Made by a program: the position numbers and the translations under genes
Shown here: piece by piece, positions 41,621 to 50,625 of the stretch
Layout of the letters: every line of letters begins with the position of its first letter
Position numbering within the stretch: the stretch's first letter is position 1
NCBI GenBank assembly: GCA_041619515.1
Contig: JBFKDW010000009.1
Location: forward strand, 1 to 54,149
Direction of reading: 5' to 3'
From: Acidimicrobiia bacterium
GTDB lineage: Bacteria > Actinomycetota > Acidimicrobiia > Spongiisociales > SHLN01
Length of the DNA: 54,149 nt
Notes under the pieces: generated by a model
The model's database searches: none
What the model was told of the DNA's origin: nothing
The model's input: the letters and a program-made list of their open reading frames with translations, nothing else

Positions 41621-42382
41621 ATGAGCTATGAGGTGAAGACCGCCGTCTTCGAGGGCCCGCTCGACCTGCTGCTGCAGCTGATCACCCGCCATCAGGTCGA
41701 CATCACCCACCTCAGCCTGACGGGGCTGGTCACCGAGTACCTGGCTCATCTGGAGGCGATGCGGGAACTGGACATGGAAGTGACGAGTGAGTTTCTGCTC
41801 ATCGCCTCCACCCTCATTCAGCTGAAGGCTCGATTCCTGCTGCCGGATGATCCCGACGTCGACCTGGATGAGGAGTTGGCGCTCTATGAAGCGCGCGACC
41901 GGCTGCTGGCGAGGCTGCTGGCGTGTGCCACCTTCAAGGATGTAGCGGCCGTGCTTGCTCACCGCCTGGCCGGACAGGCCAGGTACGTGCCGCGGGTGGC
42001 CGGGCTCGATATCGATGTTCGTCCGGTCGATCCCGATATTCGCCTCGGGGTCGGCCCCGACGCGCTGGCTCGGGTGGCGGCCAGGGTCTTTGCCCGCACC
42101 GGTGATCCCGACCTGGACCATCTCGATCTCGACCTCCCCTCCGTCCCGGCCGCCATCGACGACCTCAGGGCCCGCCTCCACGCCGAGCTGGAAGCAGATT
42201 TCGACGGGCTCACCGGCCACCTCACCCGCACTGTGGAGATCGCTGCCTATTTCCTCGCCATGCTGGAGCTGGCCCGCTGGGGCATCATCGAGGTCAGGCA
42301 GCAGCATCGCGACGCCCCGATCCTGATCCGGGCCCAAACCGAAGCCGTCGTCCCCGACAGCCTCCAGAGTGAATGGATGTGA
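41621..42382 (+). CDS. scpA: Segregation and condensation protein A
   Basis: FEGPLDLLL, KARFLLP, FLAMLEL. Confidence 0.93.
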   Translation: MSYEVKTAVFEGPLDLLLQLITRHQVDITHLSLTGLVTEYLAHLEAMRELDMEVTSEFLLIASTLIQLKARFLLPDDPDVDLDEELALYEARDRLLARLLACATFKDVAAVLAHRLAGQARYVPRVAGLDIDVRPVDPDIRLGVGPDALARVAARVFARTGDPDLDHLDLDLPSVPAAIDDLRARLHAELEADFDGLTGHLTRTVEIAAYFLAMLELARWGIIEVRQQHRDAPILIRAQTEAVVPDSLQSEWM

Positions 42383-42383
42383 C

Positions 42384-42971
42384 ATGAATACCCGGTCGAT
42401 TCTCGAAGCCATCCTGTTCGTCGCCGAGCGGCCGGTACCGGCGGCCGAGCTGGCGGAAGTGACCGAGCGGCCCCATGCAGAGATCGCAGCCGAGCTGGAG
42501 GCGCTCGCGGCCGACCTCGAGTCTCGCCAGGCCGGGGTGGTGCTCAAACAGGTTGGAGGCGGGTGGCGTCTTTTCAGCCACCCGCAGGCTCGTCCCTACC
42601 TCGAGCAGTTTGCTGCCAGCCCGGCCTCGACCCGGTTGTCGCAAGCGGCGCTGGAAACGTTGTCGGTCGTGGCGTACCGCCAGCCGGTGACCCGCGGGCA
42701 GGTGAGCGACATCAGAGGCGTAGATTCCGAGCGGTCGCTCCAGACCCTCGAACGGCTCGGCCTCGTGTCCGAGATCGGGACCGCCCCCGGATCGGGGAGC
42801 CCCATCCTGTATGGAACCACCGAGCTGTTCGTCGAGAAGCTGGGCGTCAACGGTCTCGACGAGCTGCCGCCGCTCGCCGACCATGTCCCGCCCCCCGACG
42901 TGGTCGAGGCGCTCGAGCGTCCTTTCCGTCCAGGAGGGGAGATTGATCTGCGGAATGAGGACGAGACGTAG
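42384..42971 (+). CDS. scpB: Segregation and condensation protein B
   Basis: LEAILF, ALETLSVVAYRQPVTR, IRGV, YGTT. Confidence 0.93.
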   Translation: MNTRSILEAILFVAERPVPAAELAEVTERPHAEIAAELEALAADLESRQAGVVLKQVGGGWRLFSHPQARPYLEQFAASPASTRLSQAALETLSVVAYRQPVTRGQVSDIRGVDSERSLQTLERLGLVSEIGTAPGSGSPILYGTTELFVEKLGVNGLDELPPLADHVPPPDVVEALERPFRPGGEIDLRNEDET

Positions 42972-43684
42972 AACGGCTTCAGAAGCTCATCGCCCATTCG
43001 GGGATCGCGTCACGGCGCGCCGCTGAGGACCTGATTCGCCAGGGACGGGTGACCGTCGACGCCGCCACTGCCCACCTTGGCCAAAAGGTCGACCCGAACA
43101 CGGCCTGGGTGGAGGTAGACGGGGTTCCGCTTCCCATAAAGCCCGACCTGGTCTACTACCTGCTGTACAAGCCCGTTGGCGTGGTCAGCACTGCCGATGA
43201 CCCGGAAGATCGGGCAACGGTAACCGGCCTGGTACCGGCCGATACGAGGGTGTACCCGGTTGGGCGTCTCGACGCCGACAGCGAAGGGCTGCTGCTCATC
43301 ACCAACGACGGCGCCCTCACCGAGCGGGTCACCCATCCTCGCTTCGGAATCACCAAGACCTACCTGGTCGAGGCGGAGGGCTCGGTGGGCGCCAGAGCGA
43401 TCGCCCGGCTGGTGGCAGGGGTGGATCTCGAAGACGGGCCTGCCCGCGCCACCGCCGCCCGTCTGGTCGAGGCGGGCCGGTCGACCACGCTGGTACAGGT
43501 CGTCATGACCGAGGGACGCAAGCGCGAGGTCCGGCGCATGTTCGACTCGATCGGCCATCCGGTGCGGCGGCTCGTGCGGGAGGCGATCGGGCCGATTGCC
43601 GATCGCCAGCTCAAGCCGGGGGAGTGGCGGGAGCTGACGGTGGCGGAGGTACGCTCCCTCTACGCAGCGGCGGCGGGATCATGA
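42968..43684 (+). CDS. rluB: rRNA pseudouridine synthase (RluB/RsuA family); N-terminus needs a GTA start
   Basis: In-frame ERLQKLIAHSGIASRRAAEDLI..GRV S4 domain upstream of the tracked GTG; VGRLD, EGRKREVRRM. Confidence 0.85.
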   Translation, partial: VERLQKLIAHSGIASRRAAEDLIRQGRVTVDAATAHLGQKVDPNTAWVEVDGVPLPIKPDLVYYLLYKPVGVVSTADDPEDRATVTGLVPADTRVYPVGRLDADSEGLLLITNDGALTERVTHPRFGITKTYLVEAEGSVGARAIARLVAGVDLEDGPARATAARLVEAGRSTTLVQVVMTEGRKREVRRMFDSIGHPVRRLVREAIGPIADRQLKPGEWRELTVAEVRSLYAAAAGS

Positions 43685-45597
43685 AGCACATACACCTGAG
43701 CGGCCCGGTGAGCGGGACCGTTCGCCTGCCGGGCTCGAAGAGCATCACCAACCGGGCACTGGTGACGGCGGCGCTTGCGTCGGGCCCGAGCCGGCTGCGG
43801 GGGGCGCTGCGGGCAGATGACACCGATGCCATGGTCGACAGCCTGCAGCGGCTGGGAGTCTCCGTGAGCTGGGAGGGAGGCGACATCGTCGTGGCGGGGA
43901 CCGGCGGAACGCTCGGACGAGGTGATGTCGAGCTCGACGTCCGTGGATCGGGGACGACGGCCAGGTTTCTGACCGCCGCCGCCACTCTCAGGGATGGGGC
44001 GGTGGTGCTCGACGGCAGCAACCAGTTGCGCCGGCGTCCAATGGGTGATCTCGTTCGGGCCCTCGGCGAGCTCGGGGCGGCCGTTGAGGCTTTGGGGGAC
44101 GATGATCGGCCTCCGCTCCGGGTGCATGGCCCGTCGCTGGCAGGGGGTCCCGTGATGCTCGATGCCTCCCGGTCCAGCCAGTATGCCTCGGCAATTCTCA
44201 TGGTGGCCCCGCTGGCGGCCCGCGAGGTGGTGTTGGAGCTGCGCCAGCCCATCGTCTCCCGCCCGTATATCGACCAGACCATCCAGGTGATGGCGGCCTT
44301 CGGTGCCAGGGCGGCCTGGGACGGGCCGACGACGCTGGTGATCGAGCGCGGGTCATACGCCGGCACCGATTACGTGATCGAGGGGGACGCCTCGGCGGCC
44401 GCCTACCCGCTGGTGGCGGCCGCCCTGTGCGGCGGAACCGTGCGGGTCGGCCCCCTGCCGGAGGATTCACTGCAGGCCGACCTGGGACTGATCCCCGTTC
44501 TGGCGCGGATGGGGGCGGAGGTCGGCCACCATGGCGACGGCCTCGAACTGACGGGATATCCGCGCGGGCTGGCAAGCGTGACCGAGGACATGAACGCTGC
44601 CCCGGATGCGGCGGTGGCCGTGTCGGTGGCGGCGCTGTTTGCAGCCGGCACCACCAGGCTCACCAACATCGCCAACCTGCGCCTGAAGGAATCGAATCGC
44701 ATCGATGAGCTGGCCGGGGAGCTTCGCAAGCTGGGTGGCGTCGTCACCACCGGCGACAACTTCATCTCGGTCGAGGGTGGCAGCTTGCAGGCCGCCACCA
44801 TCGACCCCCACGAGGACCATCGCCTGGCGATGGCATTCGCGCTGGCCGGGTTGCGAATTCCCGGCATCTCGATCGACGATCCCGGATGCGTCGCCAAGAC
44901 GTGGCCCGAGTTCTTCACGGTCCTCGACTCCATCACGAGCCCGCTGGTTGTTGCCATCGACGGGCCGGGCGGGGTGGGCAAGAGCACGGTGAGCCGGGCG
45001 GTGGCAGCCCGGCTCGGGCTCCGGCACCTGGAGACCGGGGGCATGTACCGGGCAGGGGCGCTGGCGGTACTCGAGGCCGGGATCGACATCGAGGACACCG
45101 AGGCCGTCGCCGCCCTCATCGGACGCCTCAGCGTGGAAGTCGCCGATGGGCGGGTCATCGTCGAGGGACGCGACGTCACCGATGATCTGCGTACGGAGGC
45201 GGTGAGCGCCGCCGCCAGCCGGGTCTCGGCGGTGCCGGCGGTGCGCGAGGCCCTAGTGGCGCTGCAGCGCCGCTGGGTGACTCCAGGAGGACCGGGGGCG
45301 GTGGTGGAGGGACGCGACATCGGCACCGTCGTGTTTCCGGACAGTCCGGCCAAGGTGTATCTCACCGCCCGCCCCGAGGTCCGGGCCATCCGCCGCGCAC
45401 ACGACCTCGGCCTCGGTGACGACGAGATCCCCCGGATCGCTGCCGAGCTGGCCAGCCGCGACGAGCGAGACTCCACCCGTGCGGTGGCTCCGCTGCGCCC
45501 GGCCGACGATGCACTCGTGCTCGACACGTCCGAGCTCCCGATCGAGGAGGTCGTCGAAACCGTCACCGGGCACGTGATCAGGCGCGGCGCCGGCTGA
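43681..45597 (+). CDS. aroA: Fused 3-phosphoshikimate 1-carboxyvinyltransferase / cytidylate kinase (AroA-Cmk)
   Basis: PGSKS, SSQY, KESNR, DHR, KTWP.F running without a stop into IDGPGGVGKST, EGRDIGTVVFP, RD.RD. Confidence 0.9.
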   Translation: MKHIHLSGPVSGTVRLPGSKSITNRALVTAALASGPSRLRGALRADDTDAMVDSLQRLGVSVSWEGGDIVVAGTGGTLGRGDVELDVRGSGTTARFLTAAATLRDGAVVLDGSNQLRRRPMGDLVRALGELGAAVEALGDDDRPPLRVHGPSLAGGPVMLDASRSSQYASAILMVAPLAAREVVLELRQPIVSRPYIDQTIQVMAAFGARAAWDGPTTLVIERGSYAGTDYVIEGDASAAAYPLVAAALCGGTVRVGPLPEDSLQADLGLIPVLARMGAEVGHHGDGLELTGYPRGLASVTEDMNAAPDAAVAVSVAALFAAGTTRLTNIANLRLKESNRIDELAGELRKLGGVVTTGDNFISVEGGSLQAATIDPHEDHRLAMAFALAGLRIPGISIDDPGCVAKTWPEFFTVLDSITSPLVVAIDGPGGVGKSTVSRAVAARLGLRHLETGGMYRAGALAVLEAGIDIEDTEAVAALIGRLSVEVADGRVIVEGRDVTDDLRTEAVSAAASRVSAVPAVREALVALQRRWVTPGGPGAVVEGRDIGTVVFPDSPAKVYLTARPEVRAIRRAHDLGLGDDEIPRIAAELASRDERDSTRAVAPLRPADDALVLDTSELPIEEVVETVTGHVIRRGAG

Positions 45598-45640
45598 GGT
45601 GACGTGCTTCGCCCCCGGGAGCGACGGTATCAGGGCATAC

Positions 45641-45660
45641 ACTGTCACACACACGACAGT
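45641..45660. promoter_or_regulatory. Palindromic operator ACTGTC-N8-GACAGT (TGTCA-N6-CGACA), overlapping -10 TACACT at 45638-45643
   Basis: Perfect 6-bp inverted repeat upstream of the Crp/Fnr gene. Confidence 0.6.
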
Positions 45661-45701
45661 TGTCTGCCTGGACACCCAGGCAGCGAAGGAGCACGACTCC
45701 T

Positions 45702-46388
45702 GTGAGAGAATCGCCGGCCGACCAGCAGCACCTTGCCTGGCTGGCTCGCTCGTTCGGGCGACGCGACTATTTGCCGCTGTCTGCATCCGACATGGAGGTG
45801 CTCTCCCGGGCCGCAGACATCGTCAAGAAGTACCCGGGCACCCACCTGTTCAAGGAAGGGTCGGCGGCAACGGCGGCATTCCTGATTCGGGAGGGTGACG
45901 TCGACCTCTATCGGGCACCGGGCACCAAGCACCAGGTGGTGGGCCGGGTCGGCCCGGGGGCGGTGATCGGCGACATCGCCATGTTCAGCGGGCAGCCCTA
46001 CATCTCCTCAGCCCGAGCGGTCGGGCATGTCACCGCCTTCCAGTTCGATCGGGACCGGTTGCTTCCCGAGCTGGCCCGCTCACCGGCCATCGCGTTGCGC
46101 TGGCTGGTGGCCAGCCTGACACAGCTGGAGCGGACCCAGCGACGGGTGCTCAATCTCATGCACAAGACGGTGCTCGCACAGGTGGCGGGGCTGCTGGCCG
46201 ACGAGGCCAACCAGCGCGGGGAGGTCGGGCTCAGCCAGACAACGATCGCCACCCTGCTCGGGGCCAGCCGCCAATCGGTGAACGAGGCACTCGGCGAGCT
46301 CAAACGCCGCCGCCACGTCGAAACCGGGTATCGGATGGTCCGGGTGCTCGACCTGCCCGGCCTCAGCCGGGTTGCGGCTGAGGGCTGA
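45702..46388 (+). CDS. Crp/Fnr-family transcriptional regulator
   Basis: GTG after AAGGAG; cNMP-binding-like domain (LFKEG, G.V, GDIAM) and HTH SQ..IA..LGASRQSVNEAL. Confidence 0.9.
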   Translation: MRESPADQQHLAWLARSFGRRDYLPLSASDMEVLSRAADIVKKYPGTHLFKEGSAATAAFLIREGDVDLYRAPGTKHQVVGRVGPGAVIGDIAMFSGQPYISSARAVGHVTAFQFDRDRLLPELARSPAIALRWLVASLTQLERTQRRVLNLMHKTVLAQVAGLLADEANQRGEVGLSQTTIATLLGASRQSVNEALGELKRRRHVETGYRMVRVLDLPGLSRVAAEG

Positions 46389-47430
46389 GGGCCAGCAAGT
46401 CCAGAGCCTCGTTGGCCGTCCATTGCCGGTCGTTGTCCAATTCGCCGCCTCGGCCCGGGTTGCGGGCGGTATATCCACCTTCGACCGCCGCCTGCAGCCC
46501 CATGAGCAGCTTGCGCAGATCCCGGGGGAGCGGAAAATATTCACCTTCGGTGGTCACCCGGACCGTCTCTACGCCCTCCGACGGTGCGATCGCCTCGATG
46601 ACGGCGAACACGAGCTGATCGGGGGCGGAGGCACCGGCGGTGACGCCCACCACCTCGGCATCGGCCAGCCAGGCGGGATCGATGGCGTCGGGCCCGTCCA
46701 CCCGGTAGGCATTGGCTCCGTTCACTCGGGCGACGCGGACCAGCGCCTGGGTGTTCGACGAGTTCTCCGAGCCGACGACCAGGACCACGTCCGATCGCTC
46801 AGCCAGGACCTTGACCGCTTCCTGACGGTTGGTGGTCGCGTAGCAGAGGTCGCTCTTGCGGGCCGTCCACAGCGACGGGAACCGCTCGGAGGCGGATGCA
46901 AGGACGTCCTCGAACTCGAAGAGGCCGAGCGTGGTCTGTGACACGAGTGCGACCTGCTCGGGATCCGCCGGTGTGTAGTCGCCGAGCCCGTCCTCCGGAT
47001 CGATGAGGGTGATCGCGTGCGGCGCCTCGGCAATGGTGCCGATGGCCTCGTCGTGCCCCTCATGGCCGACATAGATGATGTCGAACCCCTGGTCGGCCAT
47101 GCGCTTCACTTCGTGATGGACCTTGGTCACCAGCGGGCACACCGCATCGACCAGCACTGCGGCCCGATCGCCGGCGGCGGCCACCACGTCGGGTGCCGAT
47201 CCGTGCGCCGACAGCATGATCGGTGCCCCGGGTGGGACGTCATCGATCCGGTCGACGAAAACCACCCCGGCAGCCTCAAACGCCTCGACCACTGCCTGAT
47301 TGTGGACGATCTCGTGGTAGCAGTACACCGGGGGCTCGAACGCCTGCACCATCCATGTGAGTGCTTTGATCGCCATCTCGACCCCGGCGCAGAAGCCACG
47401 TGGCTCGGCCAGGAGGACCTTGCTCGTCAT
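46363..47430 (-). CDS. ispH: 4-hydroxy-3-methylbut-2-enyl diphosphate reductase
   Basis: PRGFCAGV, HN, SAHG, DAVCPLV.KVH, QTT, CYAT.NRQ, SSN, TAGASAP. Confidence 0.95.
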   Translation of the reverse strand: MTSKVLLAEPRGFCAGVEMAIKALTWMVQAFEPPVYCYHEIVHNQAVVEAFEAAGVVFVDRIDDVPPGAPIMLSAHGSAPDVVAAAGDRAAVLVDAVCPLVTKVHHEVKRMADQGFDIIYVGHEGHDEAIGTIAEAPHAITLIDPEDGLGDYTPADPEQVALVSQTTLGLFEFEDVLASASERFPSLWTARKSDLCYATTNRQEAVKVLAERSDVVLVVGSENSSNTQALVRVARVNGANAYRVDGPDAIDPAWLADAEVVGVTAGASAPDQLVFAVIEAIAPSEGVETVRVTTEGEYFPLPRDLRKLLMGLQAAVEGGYTARNPGRGGELDNDRQWTANEALDLLALSPQPQPG

Positions 47431-47554
47431 GGCTGGAAGGTTAGGGGCCTGCCGTCGGTGTCGTGGGCCGATCCCGCGCGGCCCGGCTCGCTCGGATCAC
47501 GCCGCCGCCCGCGGGGACCGCAATCACCAGGACCCCGGTACTCTGGTCCCGCTC

Positions 47555-48961
47555 ATGTCGTTCCCCACCGTCTCCGAGATCGTCGCCGGCAGCCCCGCGT
47601 CCGCCGCCGGGCTGGCGGTTGGCGACGAGCTCCTCTCGATCTGCGGGGTGGTGCCCTCCGACGTCATCGAATATCAGCAGCTGGTGGACGAGTCCGAAAT
47701 TGACTTGACGGTGCGTCGGGGCGGTCTCGAGTGGGAGGTGAGCATCGAGAAGGCACCCGGGGCGCCGCTCGGGCTCCGGCTCGACTCCTCCATTTTCGAC
47801 CGGGTACAGACCTGCGACAACCATTGCGAGTTCTGCTTCATCTACCAGTTGCCGCCCGCCATGCGCAAGTCGCTCTATCTGAAGGATGACGACTACCGGT
47901 TGTCGTTCCTGTACGGCAACTTCACCACGCTGACCCGCTTCACCGAGCTCGACCTCGCGCGGGTCGTCGACGAGCGCCTCGGGCCCCTGTACGTCTCGAT
48001 CCATGCCACCGACCCGGCCGTGCGGTCTTCCATGCTCCGCAATGAGCGCGGCGCCACCAGCCTCCGCTGGCTGCGAGCTCTGCTCGACCACGACATCGAA
48101 GTGCACGGCCAGGTGGTGTTGTGCCCCACCATCAACGACGGCGACGTTCTCGAGCGCACCTTCGCCGAGGTCATGACCCGCTACCCCCGGCTTGCTTCGG
48201 TAGGAATCGTTCCGCTCGGGCTTTCACAGTTCAACAAGGAAGCGAAGCTACGGGTCCACACCGACGAGGAGGCGAGGGCCGTTGTCGCCGCGACCGAGCA
48301 CTGGCAGGGTGTCGCCCGTGCCCAACTCGGCCGACGGATGTTCTTCGCCTCCGACGAGCTGTACCTGCAGGCCGGCCTCCCGGTGCCCGGCCACGACGCC
48401 TACGAGGGCTTTCCCCAGCACGAGAACGGCATCGGCATGGCCCGGGCGTTCTACGACGAGCTCGACGAGCTCGAAGCCGGCAGCGGACACAACCTGCGCA
48501 GCCCGACCGGGAGGTTCGAGTCCTTGCCGGCGGCACCTGCGGAGGGGTATCGGGCCCCGCGGGTGCTCACACCGGCTGAAGGGCCGAGTTCACCGACGTC
48601 GGACCCAGCCGTGGCGGCGCCGACGGTGATCGTCACCGGGGTGTACGGTGCCAGGGTGCTGGAACCCGTGCTGGGCCGGCTGGAACGCCTGGGCGGGCGG
48701 CCGCTTCGCATCCTCACGGTGGCCAACAGGTTCTTCGGTGGCAACGTGGCGGTGAGCGGGCTGATGGTGGGCGCGGACATCCGCGACGCGCTGGCCGCCG
48801 ATGGCGAGCCGGCTGCCGCCTACATCGTGCCCGACGTCACCCTGTCGGGTGATCGGTTCCTCGACGACACGGGAATCGGAGAAGTCGCCGCCGCCGCCCC
48901 CGCACCGCTGTACGTGGTACCGACGTCTGTTGCCGGGATCATGGCAGGGGCCGGCAGATGA
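47555..48961 (+). CDS. PDZ plus radical SAM DUF512 (TIGR03279-like) protein
   Basis: CDNHCEFC, KDDDYRLSFLYGNF, Q.ENGIG, N.FFGG; upstream of der. Confidence 0.88.
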   Translation: MSFPTVSEIVAGSPASAAGLAVGDELLSICGVVPSDVIEYQQLVDESEIDLTVRRGGLEWEVSIEKAPGAPLGLRLDSSIFDRVQTCDNHCEFCFIYQLPPAMRKSLYLKDDDYRLSFLYGNFTTLTRFTELDLARVVDERLGPLYVSIHATDPAVRSSMLRNERGATSLRWLRALLDHDIEVHGQVVLCPTINDGDVLERTFAEVMTRYPRLASVGIVPLGLSQFNKEAKLRVHTDEEARAVVAATEHWQGVARAQLGRRMFFASDELYLQAGLPVPGHDAYEGFPQHENGIGMARAFYDELDELEAGSGHNLRSPTGRFESLPAAPAEGYRAPRVLTPAEGPSSPTSDPAVAAPTVIVTGVYGARVLEPVLGRLERLGGRPLRILTVANRFFGGNVAVSGLMVGADIRDALAADGEPAAAYIVPDVTLSGDRFLDDTGIGEVAAAAPAPLYVVPTSVAGIMAGAGR

Positions 48962-50274
48962 GCCGCCTTCCGATCGTCGCGGTGGTGGGCCGGCCCAACG
49001 TCGGCAAGTCGACCCTCGTCAATCGCATCGTCGGCAGCCGGGTGGCCGTCGTCGAGGAGAAGCCGGGTGTCACGAGAGACCGCCGCGAGTTCGAGGCCGA
49101 GTGGCTCGATCGCCGGTTCATTCTCGTGGACACCGGTGGGTGGGAGTTGACTCCGGCGGGACGGCTGACCCAGAACATTCGCGCCCAGACTGAGGCAGCA
49201 CTGGCGGGAGCCGATGCAGTCCTGTTCGTGACCGATGCCACCGGTGCCGTTACAGACGACGACGCCGGGGTCGCCGAGATGCTTCGCAAAGCCGACATCC
49301 CCGTGCTGCTGGTTGCCAACAAGTCCGACAACCCCAGCACCGACCTGGACATCGGCCACCTCTACGGTCTCGGAATCGGTGACCCGTACCCGGTGAGCGC
49401 CCTTCACGGGCGCGGGACGGGCGATCTGCTCGACAAGCTGCTCGAATTGCTACCGGAGACAGAGGTGGGCGAAGCCGCCGATATGCCGTCGCTGGCCATC
49501 GTCGGCCGGCCGAACGTCGGCAAGTCGACGCTGCTCAATCAAATGCTGGGCGAGGATCGGGTGCTCGTTTCGGAAACCCCCGGCACCACGCGCGATCCCA
49601 TCGACGTCGTAGTGGAGTTGGACGGAACGCCGTTCCGGGTGGTGGACACCGCCGGAATCCGACGAGCGCCAAAGTGGGGAGACGGCGCGGACTACTACTC
49701 GGTGCTGCGTGCCAAAGGGGTCCTGGCCGAGTCCGACGTGGCTCTGCTCATGATCGACGGCGTCGAGGGTGCCACCCATCAGGATCAGCGATTGGCCGAG
49801 GAGATAGCCGACGCCGGTACCGGCCTGGTCGTGCTCTTGAACAAATGGGACATTGCCACGCGGGAGGAACGCGACTGGTGCCGCGACAGCGTGGCCGACC
49901 GGCTCGCGTTCGTGGGGTGGGCCCCGGTCCTGACCCTGTCGGCGAAGACCGGCAGCAAGTTGAAGCGCATCGGGGCAGCCGTGACACTGTCGCTCGATTC
50001 GCTCGATCAGCGCATCCCCACCGGTGAGCTGAACCGATTGGTGCGGCGCTGGCAAGAGGCACATCCGCCGCCGGTCAGGAAGGGGCGCCGACCCAAGATC
50101 CTCTACGCCGTCCACGCCGGGCGCCGCCCCCCGATGATCGTGCTGTTCGTCGCCGGCGGCGAGCTGGGCGCCGACTACCTGCGCTTCCTCGAAAACCGCC
50201 TCCGCAACGAGTACGACTTCACCGGAGCGCCCATCCGCTTCCGCGCCCGCCAACGGGCCAGTGCCCGTGGGTGA
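48958..50274 (+). CDS. der: Ribosome biogenesis GTPase Der (EngA)
   Basis: Two GRPNVGKS G-domains, DTGG/DTAG, NK.D, KH-like C-terminus. Confidence 0.96.
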   Translation: MSRLPIVAVVGRPNVGKSTLVNRIVGSRVAVVEEKPGVTRDRREFEAEWLDRRFILVDTGGWELTPAGRLTQNIRAQTEAALAGADAVLFVTDATGAVTDDDAGVAEMLRKADIPVLLVANKSDNPSTDLDIGHLYGLGIGDPYPVSALHGRGTGDLLDKLLELLPETEVGEAADMPSLAIVGRPNVGKSTLLNQMLGEDRVLVSETPGTTRDPIDVVVELDGTPFRVVDTAGIRRAPKWGDGADYYSVLRAKGVLAESDVALLMIDGVEGATHQDQRLAEEIADAGTGLVVLLNKWDIATREERDWCRDSVADRLAFVGWAPVLTLSAKTGSKLKRIGAAVTLSLDSLDQRIPTGELNRLVRRWQEAHPPPVRKGRRPKILYAVHAGRRPPMIVLFVAGGELGADYLRFLENRLRNEYDFTGAPIRFRARQRASARG

Positions 50275-50395
50275 CCGGCCCCGACCGCAGGAGCGGCCGT
50301 CGATCTTCTTCTGGCTCGTAGTCGGTGCCGCCACGTTCTACCTCGGAGTTCGCCTGGTGCAGGGTGTGGCGTGGCTTCTCGAGCGGGTGCTGTAA
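50267..50395 (+). CDS. Unannotated 42-aa single-TM protein MGDRPRPQERPSIFFWLVVGAATFYLGVRLVQGVAWLLERVL
   Basis: Overlaps the der stop; clean hydrophobic helix; ends 2 nt before the next GTG. Confidence 0.6.
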   Translation: MGDRPRPQERPSIFFWLVVGAATFYLGVRLVQGVAWLLERVL

Positions 50396-50397
50396 CC

Positions 50398-50622
50398 GTG
50401 TTCGAGCGTCTCAACCGTTGGGAGTACGACCATCCGATCCTGGTTCCACTCCTCATCGCCGGATTCTTCATCATCCTGTCCGTGCTCACGGGAGACCGGT
50501 TGTTCGTCATCATCGCCATCGTGATCTCCGGCATTCGCATGTGGGGCATGCGCCCGGGCGGGACCCTGCGTCGTTCGCTGGAGCGCCGGTACGGGTGGGG
50601 GGATGACCCGGGGAACACCTAG
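50398..50622 (+). CDS. Small two-TM membrane protein
   Basis: GTG 50398; two hydrophobic segments then a basic tail. Confidence 0.55.
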   Translation: MFERLNRWEYDHPILVPLLIAGFFIILSVLTGDRLFVIIAIVISGIRMWGMRPGGTLRRSLERRYGWGDDPGNT

Positions 50623-50625
50623 CCG

